A stretch of DNA of 62,894 nucleotides, the filler included, from Licmophora abbreviata (taxonomy: Eukaryota): the NCBI GenBank assembly GCA_900291995.1. It is 12 parts of 12 records of this genome, joined end to end, with 100 filler letters (N's around TTAATTAATTAA, not from the genome) between each part and the next. Parts side by side here need not be neighbours in the genome. Positions count along the whole stretch, not along the records: positions 18,530 to 34,906 come from OLMU01000096.1; 11 more parts are not named here. One strand, given 5' to 3'. The notes beneath the pieces are model-generated. The model had not been told where the DNA came from and did no database searches. It saw only the letters and a program-made list of their open reading frames with translations. The translations under genes were made by a program, and so were the position numbers. Of this stretch, positions 21,306-32,500 are shown one piece after another (positions within the stretch are counted from its first letter, which is position 1; every line of letters starts with the position of its first letter).

Positions 21306-22235
21306 ATGACGAATTTTCGAGCACAAAGCATGAGTAAAAGAGAACGGGATCGTCCGTCTGGAGTCGTGTTGCCTCTCATACTTAGAAAGCGGCGAAAATT
21401 AGAAGAGAATGCATCGACAACAGAAGAAGAATCCAAAGAAACGACGACGTCAACCGATCCCTCACCATCGCAGCTTCCGAGTAGTATTGCCAGTAGTGCA
21501 GCCCTCGAGACTCATCAGATTTCACCCGAAGACTCTAATTCCATCTTTACGGCGCAGGAAATACAAGACAGGCTGTGGCGAACGTCAGTGGCCATGGTCG
21601 AAGTGCAGAAACAGCTGCATCGTGGCGAAGAGTCGTACCATGAAGACACCCATGCGCACGGGAACATCTTTCGAGGTTGGGATTCCTTTATCGATTCCAG
21701 GGATATAGGGCCATCGGGAGGTCATATGACATCTTCCTTGGGAGACGGAGGAAGTGGACGGAGTGGTAGTCGAAGGATGCCGGCAGACCATCGATGGTTT
21801 TCCGGGAGCTGTCCCAGTGTAGGACGGAACAAAAAGCCTGTGGGTACTACACCGACAACTCTGACCAAGGTTGTCAGTGCTACGAAATCGTCCCCGGCGG
21901 TGCTTCCAACTTTAGTCTCATCCTTGCCGCTTCGATCCGATCCTAAAAGTGAAGTGTTGAGCTCTAGTAGAAAAGCCGACGTGACGTCCGTTGTCGGCGA
22001 AGTTTTGGATTCTGCCGTGTCGAGACAGCCTTCAGGCAATGATGCGGCTCACGGTGCGTCTTCCATGGACGTGGATCCACAAGAAGACAAAACACCGACA
22101 TGTGACGTGGAAGAAACTAAAGAGAGCGATGTTAGGGAGGAGGGAATTGCGGGGAAATTTGGGGAGGAAGAGCTTTCCAGAGCGCCTCCAACCAGCACGC
22201 GCAGAACGACACGCAAACGGAAAGCGGGAGACTAA
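21306..22235 (+). CDS. EAF6: Eaf6/MEAF6-like NuA4 histone acetyltransferase subunit
   Basis: VEVQKQLHRGEESYHEDT..GNIFRGWDSFID and DHRWFSGS; NLS-like RKRRK and RKRK; start 21306 or 21330. Confidence 0.8.
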   Translation: MTNFRAQSMSKRERDRPSGVVLPLILRKRRKLEENASTTEEESKETTTSTDPSPSQLPSSIASSAALETHQISPEDSNSIFTAQEIQDRLWRTSVAMVEVQKQLHRGEESYHEDTHAHGNIFRGWDSFIDSRDIGPSGGHMTSSLGDGGSGRSGSRRMPADHRWFSGSCPSVGRNKKPVGTTPTTLTKVVSATKSSPAVLPTLVSSLPLRSDPKSEVLSSSRKADVTSVVGEVLDSAVSRQPSGNDAAHGASSMDVDPQEDKTPTCDVEETKESDVREEGIAGKFGEEELSRAPPTSTRRTTRKRKAGD

Positions 22236-22642
22236 GCGCGAACTAGGGATAATGCATGAACGCTGCACAGTGTCAGCAAGCCTATTCCTCGGCGATGTTC
22301 AAGGATGAATCGTCAAAAAACTAGATGCCTCTGCTACCTCGGCTACTACGTCAAACTTGCAACATACAGCGAGAGGTAAACGCGCCGCAGCAAGAAAGGA
22401 TGTCAAGCCACTATTCTCCGCAGCCCAGTCCGTGCTGTACCAAGCTATTAACTACTTGCCACTGCCGTCGAGCTCTTCTCCACACCGATTGATGAAGCAT
22501 GTGCGGCGATGGCTTTCATTCTCAAACAGAACATGCCACTCTTCAGGTAGTTCAGGGGATATAGGGCTAACAATAACTTTATCAGAATTTGGAACTCGCG
22601 CTTTGCTTCAACTTCATAAAACCACTTTTTGCTTTTTTAACC

Positions 22643-24280
22643 ATGACGACGCTTGTTCGGCCGTCGCGACGATGGCCTTCGTTGCGAATCACGAGACCTC
22701 TTATATGCTATAGACGTCTATGGTCGACAGCATCACTACCTGGAAGCAATTTGAGAAGACGAGGAGCGTCATGGTTGTCAACACCGCAGCGGCGTGGCAA
22801 GTTAACGACAGTCGACGAGATTTCGTTCCGAGGCGGAGACTATCTTCGAAACGGAGGAAAAGTCGAGGGCGTTTGGGTCTTTTGCCGCCACGGGGATCGA
22901 ACGCCATGTCGATCTTCCTCTGCAAGTCACATGGAGGCAACAGAGGCTGCTTTTTGGCAGACCAAATTACCTGCTCCAAACCCCGAAACTGCGTTCAAGA
23001 TTCTGTCCAAGTGTTTCCCGCCCGATATTCATCCGTCGAATTCGAAGAACTTTTTCGACATTGAGCGAAGCCCGTTTGGATTTCTTACGGAGAGGGGGAT
23101 TGAGCAGCTACGGACAAATGGGAAACGATTTTATATTCGATACAACCAGTACGGCCATCACTGTGCGGCGCCCACCATCATAGATGATGATGACACAGGG
23201 AACGGCTTCTTGCAGTCCTGGGATGTCAAGGCATATTCAACAAACTATCTGCGAACTGTCCTTTCCGCCCAGTGTTTCCTTGATGGGCTACTTGGACATG
23301 GGTGTTATGATCCAGATAAGCGAGAACTGACACCCTCCTCTGCCGACCCGTCGATGGTGGATGGCTATGAGCCGATGACTTTTCCTGCACCTTCCGTCAA
23401 GGTGGAGGTTCGAGATCGATCCAGGGACACCCTCAATGCATTTGATCGCAATCCTGATCTCATGAGCGAACTTGTCTCGGATGTTGTGTCGTCGAAAGAA
23501 TTTGAGGAAGGCGATGCCACAGCAGCACCTCTAGCGGCGAGGCTCGCGAATTTTCTACCGGGCCTCGCGAAGAAGGGTCGTTCGTACGGTGGACCTAGTG
23601 GGATCAATTGGATCGACGCTACGGATCACTTTGTCTGTAGGACGGCACACAACGTGAAGTACTCCAAGTTCTCTGCGTTCGAACACGACGACCGGGTCGA
23701 ACAGACCTTATCGGCAATGGCAGGACAGACCGAGGCTCATTTGGCATGGAGATTTCGACAATGGTATCTGAGCCCTCCTCTACTGGCAGCGATTGCCGCA
23801 CCCCCGCTTCGTGAAATATCTTTGCAGCTCCAGTCGACGCCTAGTCTAGGAGTCGAAGAGCGCCGTCCGTTTGCAATTTACAGTTGCCATGACGTAACGA
23901 TCCTCTCGCTACTTTACGGTGTCGGTGCTGACTTTCTAGCGGATGACCAGAAAGGAAGTTGGCGGTTCTGGCCGAAGTATGCGAGTACTCTGGTGTTCGA
24001 ATTGGTCCGTATTGCTCCGGACACGGGCCCGAACTCGCATGTTGTCAGAATATTGTTGAATGGCCACCCAGTGCGAACCGCGAGAGTGTTAACGGGTGGA
24101 GTCGAGAAGAAAGCGGGGGAACCAGAGTTCACCGGATCGGGACCTCTAAACATGCTCAAGGTTTCCGATTTTGTAAACATTGTTAAAAGACTCGAGAAGG
24201 AGGGCGGTTTTGACAACAGGCTGATGGGTTTCGACGCGAGCGATTTGTCGGAGCGTGATATGTCAGGTTGGACAGGCTAG
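22643..24280 (+). CDS. Histidine acid phosphatase (branch 2, ACP6-like), probably mitochondrial
   Basis: RHGDRTP and SCHD motifs, LTERG, STNYLRT; R/S-rich acid-free N-terminus. Confidence 0.88.
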   Translation: MTTLVRPSRRWPSLRITRPLICYRRLWSTASLPGSNLRRRGASWLSTPQRRGKLTTVDEISFRGGDYLRNGGKVEGVWVFCRHGDRTPCRSSSASHMEATEAAFWQTKLPAPNPETAFKILSKCFPPDIHPSNSKNFFDIERSPFGFLTERGIEQLRTNGKRFYIRYNQYGHHCAAPTIIDDDDTGNGFLQSWDVKAYSTNYLRTVLSAQCFLDGLLGHGCYDPDKRELTPSSADPSMVDGYEPMTFPAPSVKVEVRDRSRDTLNAFDRNPDLMSELVSDVVSSKEFEEGDATAAPLAARLANFLPGLAKKGRSYGGPSGINWIDATDHFVCRTAHNVKYSKFSAFEHDDRVEQTLSAMAGQTEAHLAWRFRQWYLSPPLLAAIAAPPLREISLQLQSTPSLGVEERRPFAIYSCHDVTILSLLYGVGADFLADDQKGSWRFWPKYASTLVFELVRIAPDTGPNSHVVRILLNGHPVRTARVLTGGVEKKAGEPEFTGSGPLNMLKVSDFVNIVKRLEKEGGFDNRLMGFDASDLSERDMSGWTG

Positions 24281-24378
24281 TTCTCTTTTAGGGGGCATTA
24301 TGAGAAAGTTAGACACTACCCGGTATAATCGTTAATGAGATCGATTCAATTTCTTTCCTTACACCAATGTTACTCTTC

Positions 24379-26353
24379 CTATGATTGTCGCGAGCCAGCA
24401 TTGATAATCTGCATATCGGAAATGAGCATGATATGATCGGAGCTGTACTGCGTGGACGGAAGCGCCTCGCCATGACGTGTCAGCCCCGACTCGTCCGGTA
24501 CTGGAGCCGCCGAAAGTGGGCGTAGATTTTGCATGGAATACCACACATAATCAAGGACGCCCTTGAAATTAGTCGTGTAGTTTGTATGCTTCGGTTCTTC
24601 TCCCATGACCGTTTGATACGTGCTCCCCAGTTGGAACGAGTGCGTAATATTCATGGCATCAGGCAATACGGTCGGAACTGAGTCGTCAGTGTTCATGTTC
24701 ACGTCTGGATGTCCTGGGTGGACCGCTTGTCGTGACAGCAAGTCATACACTGCCGAGTCTGGCGACGAGTTGAAGTCTCCACAGATCATCAATGGCAAGC
24801 TCGAACCCCTGCTGAGCACAAATGTTTCAAGTTCCTGCAAAAGCTGCCACGCCTGCCACAACTTTACGTCCGGAAAATCCTTGTTACTGTACAAGTGCGT
24901 ATTCGCGATGCACACCTGGCTGATGGGTTCGTGACTCGAGCGGGTCGTTAATGACGGCTGCGCAAGCTCCAATACGACCAACTGAGCGATATTGTCCTTT
25001 GAAAGACGGTTAAGGAACGCCGCGCCCTCTTCGCTTCGCGGATTAATTCCCAAAACCTGCGTTGCCTGTCGTTGCGCCAATTCGTTAAACTCAATACTGT
25101 ACGACTCCACCAAATGGAATTTGCTGCGTCTCCAAAATAGAGCGCAACCGTCTACTTTCCCAGCAAGACCCATGGACTGTCTCGTTTTTTGTTTGTAGAC
25201 CCCCTCGTATCCTGCATCACTCATCGCTTCGTACATGTGGCTTTCGTAGTGATCTGCTTGCGCTTCTTGCAAGCACACAACGTCCGGTGAAACATCCAGG
25301 ATTTCCCTCAGAAGATTCTGAAAGCTGCACACAGTGCACGGAGAACAGCCATATGCGTTAGCGCATGGGTCACTTATCATAGCGTCACTACAGTGATTCC
25401 GACAGTACAACTTACCGGTAGTCCCAGGATAGTGCCCAAAAGTCACAATACGGGTACTGTTGCTGCGTTGCGTAAATTTCAGCCAGAATGTTGTACGTTA
25501 CTATTCGAAACCGGGCTCCGCCACCTGTGCCTCCCGACTTGGTCGTGATGAGATTGCGTTTCGCCGGATCCGGTGCCCTGGCGAGAACAAGATCAGTCTT
25601 GACCACTCTGTGCATGAGGAGCTCTCCGGTTTCCAATGAATACGCTGTTGCTTCCAGCTTCAGCTTACGCCCTACGTCGTCGCCCGTCGGCACGTACACC
25701 TGATCGCGACTAATCTCTGTCCATTCTTCTTCTCCCGAGCCTGCATACTCATTGAAACCACCAGTATACGGCCGCGGAGTTCCTGAGCCATTGGCAGGGT
25801 TTGAGGAAGAAGATTGGCCAGAAGAATCGTCTCGCGATACACCATAACTGTTGGAACTCGCTACACTGCCAGCATCGTCGTCCTGACCGCTCCCAAACGA
25901 GCTCCCCCGGAGATGCAGTGGTGTCGTCGCTCGACTTCCCACCCTCACATCCTTCGAGACAGTGTACTGTGTTTTCCAGGCAGCAACCAAGCACTTCGAG
26001 TTGCAAAACGTACACTTGTAGAGCGAACTTTGCGTCGAGACACACTGCAGCGAGCTACCCGGACCTCCCAGGGCATGCATCGACCAGTCATGAGGAGAGA
26101 ACGACGTTCTCCGAGGACACCCCTCATACGCGCAAGGCTCATGAGGTGGCCCACGGAACCATCGATACTGAAATTCGTGGCCAGGTGGTGGCTCCCTACA
26201 CTTCTTCGAGTGTGGTGCGAGAGCCTTGTCGGCATCGCGCTCATCCAATTTCTTGCCGTACATATACGCGTGAGGTCGCATCGAGCATCCCTCGCCAGGT
26301 CGGTCCACACGCAGCGACAAGTGCCACGAGTACATTGTCTCCTTATTATTCAT
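24379..26353 (-). CDS. CCR4: CCR4 mRNA deadenylase (EEP family, plant-like N-terminus without LRR), 2 exons
   Basis: TYNILAEIY, CLQE, NTHL, PDVKLWQ, CGDFNS, FKGVLDY, SSDH; Cys-rich N-terminal domain (YRWFR..FCNSKCLVAAW); intron 25415..25325. Confidence 0.92.
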
Positions 26354-26946
26354 CGCAAACAAAGATCCCAATCGATCAAACCGGCAAAACTAGGAGACAC
26401 TGCGGACCCCGATGCCAATCCCCGTAAGAGTCCTACCAATCGCTACGGGAGCACCAGAATTGCAGAAGCCAAATCAATGTTGTGGTGCTGTCAAGCCCAA
26501 TTATCCACCGTGGAAACCAAATAAGGCCCCAAATACAACGGTGGTGCCTCCTCTTCGCTTCTCAAGGCGCTAGGCGACACTTTGCCACCGTGACAGGGCT
26601 ACGTTGACCTACCAAGTGCAACGCACTCTCTCTGTGCGCACAGCAATGGTGACAATGACTCGGCGTAAGATGCTCGTAGCGTCAGTACCAGGTTACTGGG
26701 GTGTGAAGAATACAGAATTCTGGACTTAGAACATTCCAGATTCCTAATTCTTAGCGCGATGAGCGACGACGAGACACTTTCACGCGACGCGCATTAACAT
26801 CGACAACGCATCACATCATCGACTGATGGCGGACGACGATCATGGTGTTTTTGAGGAGCCTGCGCCGTTCCGTTCCCGTCCCTGGTCCATCTAGGATATC
26901 CTGTCGCGTTAAAGTCTTATCGAAATCGACCCAGCTATCTCCAGGA

Positions 26947-27651
26947 ATGAAACGCTCCTTCGTTTGCTTGGCAGCCGTAGCAGTCGGTGGCGTCACATCG
27001 CCCGCAGCAGATGCGTGGATACTGCAACCAACTCTGTCGACGCGGTCGGCTCTGTTTTTACCATCTCTTTGTCCATTCGCCACGCGACAGTCGGTACACA
27101 CACAAGTTCGACTGATTTCAGAATCGAAAAGCGATGAAGAAAGCCCTCCTCAACCCAGTTTTAAACCAGGCGACTCGATTCTGGTCGAGGTGATGTCGTT
27201 TGGTCCCTTGGGAGCGTCAGTAGACGTTGTAGGGCAAGGACACGGGAAAGACGACTTGATCGCCGAGACAGACCCCGTACTAGGTCAAGGTCTTATTGCG
27301 CAGAGAGAAATCCAGTATTTTCGGGAGGCTCGAGATTACTTAGATGTCGTCCGTGGAGAAGTGCTGCCGGCCTTCGTGGAGCGCGTTCGAGACGATGGAA
27401 AAATCAATGTTTCATTGACCGTCGTTGGGGGCAAGGCCAAGGCTAAAACAGTAGGAAAGATGATTCTAGAGCGATTAGAGTTGGACAAGACGCTGCCTGT
27501 GGGAGACAAGTCGCCTCCCGACGACATCACGCGCGAGTTTCCTGGTGTTAGCAAATCGGCCTTCAAGAAGGCGGTGTCAGCACTCTATAAGAAAGGTCTT
27601 GTGCAGCCTGGACCACGTTCTGTGACGCTCATGAAGGAGACTCCAAAGTAG
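26947..27651 (+). CDS. CvfB/YitL-like S1 plus winged-helix protein, probably plastid-targeted
   Basis: Signal peptide ending ADA-W; S1-like region (FVERVRDDGKINVSL); C-terminal LPVGDKSPPDDITREFPGVSKSAFKKAVSALYKKG matches the CvfB winged-helix pattern. Confidence 0.8.
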   Translation: MKRSFVCLAAVAVGGVTSPAADAWILQPTLSTRSALFLPSLCPFATRQSVHTQVRLISESKSDEESPPQPSFKPGDSILVEVMSFGPLGASVDVVGQGHGKDDLIAETDPVLGQGLIAQREIQYFREARDYLDVVRGEVLPAFVERVRDDGKINVSLTVVGGKAKAKTVGKMILERLELDKTLPVGDKSPPDDITREFPGVSKSAFKKAVSALYKKGLVQPGPRSVTLMKETPK

Positions 27652-27737
27652 ATTTCGATCAGTTGAGTGGGTCGGGGACCATACATACTGCTCAGCGGTC
27701 TTTAATGAGATTATCAACTACATTGCCATCATCGTAT

Positions 27738-29233
27738 CTAGCGGGGGTTCATTAGTCTAGGAAGCATATTGACCTTTGGCATGACAGAGAACCAAAGGTA
27801 GTCGGCGACCTTGCTCTGATATTGTAGTGTTTCTGGTCCAGTCCCGATTTCAAGCCTGAGGAAGCGGCTCAGGGACAGAGTTTCCTGTGAAATAAAGGAG
27901 AACGAAGTCAGGCACATAGTGGCGAAACAGATTGGCCAACACGTACCGACGCACAAAGTGTTACCTGAGCTGTCGGGTTGAGGAGAATCGTAGTGACGGC
28001 ATCCTCGGTGACCTTGCTGGTCACTGGATTCAGAAACTTTGAGACGCGTGGTATACGACCGTTGACCCCTCCCAGAAACCGCAAGTCTGGAGTCGGTGCC
28101 ACCAAAGCGACGAGAGAGTCGGGCCGTGATGCAGCGTACTGAGCTATCACCGTCGCTGCCGTCTCGTGAACCAGGATCCGCTCCGCAAAAAAGTTCCCCT
28201 GTTCGTCCTTGCCATCCATCGGCTGATATTCCTTAAGAAGAGATCTATCCGCATACACCCGAAACTTTGGATCCTGTGTCAGCGAAATGAACCCCTGCGA
28301 ATCGATCACATACTTTGAACGACGAGCCGGATCAATACTTTGTAGCCCCTGCTTTCGGACCATCCGAACATCTTCAAATTCTGGAGCAACCGCTAGCAAT
28401 GTCATTGACTTATTCTTAGCAAAAGAGATGAGCGAAATGTATAGGTCCAATGTGGAACTCGATACGCCCGACTTTGTAAGAGCTTCTCGGAGGATATCCG
28501 CATCCCCACTCTCAACGTAAGCGTCCAATGCACCCTGGGTGCTGATGGGGGCAAAGTACAACCCGAGCGCGGTTTCGACTCTTCCAGACCCTCTTGTCTG
28601 TAGGATAGTCAATAGCAGGCTTTGCGCCAGTTCGACGTCTGCCGCCTGTGTTCCCTGCGGGACGCCGAGGCAAACAAAAGAGGAGTACCCAGACCCCGAC
28701 TTTGTTTCCTCCTTGTCGCCGCCACCAGTGATGCTCGACACAGCATCGATCGAGCCAAATACAGCTTTGTTGAGAATATTATTGAGATTGATGCTGTCAT
28801 CCACAGCGACTTCTTTCGAACTTCCTGATCCCTTTCCAAGGTCCCGCAGAATCGAAATCTCTTTTCGCGCGTTGAGGGGCACCAGTGTGGGCGGTATGGT
28901 GGAATCTACTCCGTAGGCCGTCGGTCGAGTGGCCTGACGATACACAAGTGCCTCTCCCCATGCTGGCCGGGATGTAGCTCCCAGAATCGACGCCGCAATT
29001 CCAGTCGACAAAGCCTCCCGACGCGATATGCCGTCACTACTGGTCAGACCGTCCGTGTTGGCGGTCTCGTCGTCGTTCGCGGAGGCTTCCAGATCGCTTG
29101 AAATCAAATTCTCTCGGCGAGGAACTCTTGGCATCGCCCTATTGTTCCATACGAATGCATCTGCTGGCGAGAAATAAAGAATCGCCGTCAGGCTCGCGCC
29201 AATCCAACGCCGTGACTTGCACATCATCGTCAT
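27738..29233 (-). CDS. Plastid/thylakoid protein with a ChaN (DUF399)-like domain, 2 exons
   Basis: Signal peptide ending ADA-F, twin-Arg SRREAL plus hydrophobic stretch; LGLYFAPISTQGALDAY, GVNGRIPR, VTTILLNP, VADYLWFS; intron 27964..27885. Confidence 0.6.
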
Positions 29234-29503
29234 GGTCGATGACACATCACCTTCTTTTGTGGAAGGATCCGTGATGCACTTCCACGTGTCTGATACAGGT
29301 CGAATGGGTCATTCTTGCTCGGATGGCATCCGCAATGGGACTTAATGGACGATTCAAAATGGATGCCAGTCAGAGCGTCAATGCATCTACCTCAAAAATC
29401 TGAGACCGACCCTGCCGACGCCATGAGAACCACGCTGCTACGGCGATCCATAGCGTCGTTTGGATCTTCCTAGTCAGCTGGTTGTGATATCTATAGTGAC
29501 ATC

Positions 29504-32500
29504 ATGCCTCGTGGTAAGGACGTCAAGGTGTGGAACGAGGACTTGGCAAATGCACTGAAGGCGCGCCAAGAGCTGGCCGAGCGTACCGGAAGCGGTCAGC
29601 AGTATACCTGGGGCACGGGATACGAAGCAATCGTGGCCGTTCGTAAAGACATTTATTGCTTTTCAAATGGTCGTGTCGTGAATCTTCCGACAAAACTCAG
29701 CAAGACTGTGATGAACTTATGTATGGAGATCATTCGTGGAAGCAAGACTGTGTACCCAGATACCTACTTCGAGAATGTTGGCAACGGGCCGTATGAAAAG
29801 AATTGGGACAACGATCCTTATCTCAAGCAGCTCAAGTCTCGAGGCGGTCCGTACGCTATTTTGCGAGCATTTGATGATGCAGGGGTGGACACTTTGACCA
29901 AGGATCAGATCACACGAGCCGGGCAGCAGTATTGTGATTCGCAGATGGAGCCGAACTACATGGCCGGCCGGCCACAAGGAGCCTGGAACAGCAATAAGAC
30001 GCTTGTTAAACATGGTTTACTGATTGTGAATGGAAATCGACAATATATTGATGGCGTTGGGTTCCGCTCAGATAAGAACAAGTATACGCTCACTCGAGAT
30101 GGGCAGAAGTTCATTGATGCCATGAAGCGGAAATTTCCGCACGATTTTGTGGCACGTGCAGATCCGGCGGCGGCTATTGCTGCTTCCGAAGGCGTGCATA
30201 CCGGTGGTCTTGGTACTGCTTTGCCTGCATTTGGTTCTCCCCTCCATGGTCGTTTCAGAGGTGAAGTGGGCATTGCGTCTCCGTTGACAGTTGCTCGACG
30301 GGCCGGTCGGCTTGGAACTCAAGATGTACAGGAGCTTCGTTTTTGGGTATCCGTGTCTCGAGTCGGGGACGAGAAGGTGTTTTCTGTTGGAAAAGATCGT
30401 CGTCAGAATCTTCATAACACATGCGATATATTGGAAAGCGAGAATTCTGGGCTGCAGCTTGATCATCAGTCTCGCGGTGAGGCACGCCAGCGAGCGCTTC
30501 ACATTAGGATTGTTCGAAAGGGAAGCGGTTCATCTTCGTTGGGAGCGCAAGCGACCGGGAAACGACCAGCCATAGATGACCCCTTTCAAAGATCTCATCT
30601 AACCAAGGTTGTCCGTAAAGTGCCGGCGTCGGTCGCAGCTGCAAACGCAGCAGAGTCGCGCCGCTCTAGGGATCAGGAAGTGAAAAAAGAAAAGGACGAC
30701 TTGAAGCGGGCCATGAACGCGTCTATGCGCTACGAGGCACGCGCTCGGACACCACCGTTGGGAAGCTCAGATGAAGAGATTGATGGGCTGGACGAAGCCA
30801 TACAATTGTCATTAGCGGAGAGTGAGCGTAAACCCGCAGGTCGACAGATACGCGAAGTTCCCGCTACAACAGAGGCCGCCAGTCTCTATGCGTTTTCCGA
30901 TGATGATGACAACGGTGACGACTTCCGGCGAGCCGTTCAGCTATCTCTCCAAGAAGCCCACTCGTCTTCTACATCGGCGACAGCTACTTGTGCCGGTACA
31001 GCTGGTAACCGGCACGACATGTTGGACCGCAAACCAAGAGCGAAAAGAAAGCTAGTATTTACTAGCACGGAAGAGCATGTTGTTGAAATGCTATCCGTTG
31101 ATGATGATTCTGACGACGGAGCTGACATGAAGTTGATTCTATCTCCAAAGTCACCCGCGTCTTCTCCGGCTTCCTCTCAAGGTTGCGAAGGGAGACCTGA
31201 AGTCGTCTGTTTGGACGACAGTCAAGAACAGGAAGTCATCGAGATCGAAGAGTCGCAGGAAAGCATCGTGTGCATTGACGAGTCGCAGGCGAGTATTGTT
31301 GTTCTTGACAGTTTTGAGACGCCACATGAACCCCTGAAGGTGCCTCCACATCGCCTCACTCTTCCGCAGCTTACAGTGCTCATTGACAACCGGGAGAGGA
31401 ACCGCAATGCTACTCCCCGAGAGCTTCGGATGCAGCTAACACGGATCGTCACTACTGGTACGATCCATACCATGCGGCCCTCCAGCATGCCCGTGTGTCA
31501 AGTCGAAGAATCGTCGCTTCCCACGGGGGACTTTGTGTTCGAAATTGATGACGAAGCACGCGTGCGCCTCGCTGTCGCGGTGGAACGGAAACGCGTGGGG
31601 GATCTTGTGCAGCGATCCGTCGGGGGTGACCATTGGAAGCAGTTCCTTCGCATGCAAGATTCGATGCAGCACTCTGTATTTCTTGTCGAACATGAAACAC
31701 GGTCCGCAACACGATTCACTCCCCATGGCTCTCAGAATCTAGATGGATGGAGTCCGTTTGGCACCCTAATTGACAACGAGACATCAATTTTCCTCTTCTT
31801 TGCAAGGGCGATCCTCTCATCCCGATCAACCAAGTTCATCCAAACAAGAGACGAGCAGGCCTCGCTACGTGCCGTCGGCGCGCTTGGGCTTATGACAGCC
31901 CTTTCGACCGACCCAAAGCTACGAGAGTCTCGTCAATCTGCATCCGATGGTCACAATGCTCTCAAGGACCAGCTCATCGCCGGCGGAATACCATGGCAGC
32001 TCGTGCGGCATGCATCAAAGTTCCTGCACAGCCTGAGATACGCCAAAGCTCGCTACTGCGAGTGCGCCGACGATCAATGTCGCGCTCGACTTCTTATTCC
32101 TTTCCTTTCTGAGGTTGCGTTTGGCGCAATTGAGAGCACAAAGGAAGGGTGGAGCGATGCTATATATCGTGCTTTGGTGTCCGACTCTTTTAGCTCATCG
32201 TCTGTGAAGCGCCAGTTCGAAGATCACAAACAGCTTGTGAAAGACCATGGAAAGTTCCTTTGTGAGCTTCACTCCGGTACTCTTTTAGACGAAGCAATTG
32301 GCATCGCACAGGAAGCCCCGTCGAATTCTTCGTTCGCCGAATCCAGCCGAAGAACCGTAACGATTCAGCTTCAAGAGGAACTCAGCGATCTCTTCCCGCG
32401 CCCTACAGGAGAATGCTTCTTTGAGCTTCACGCTACGCCGTGCAACCCACTGGGATGTAAAACCCGCACCGTCATCATGCAAACACAAGACGGGTGCTTT

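Noticed and set aside
25801..26524. Two plus-strand ORFs of 208 and 236 aa
   Set aside because: They overlap CCR4 exon 1 on the opposite strand and carry no recognisable motifs.
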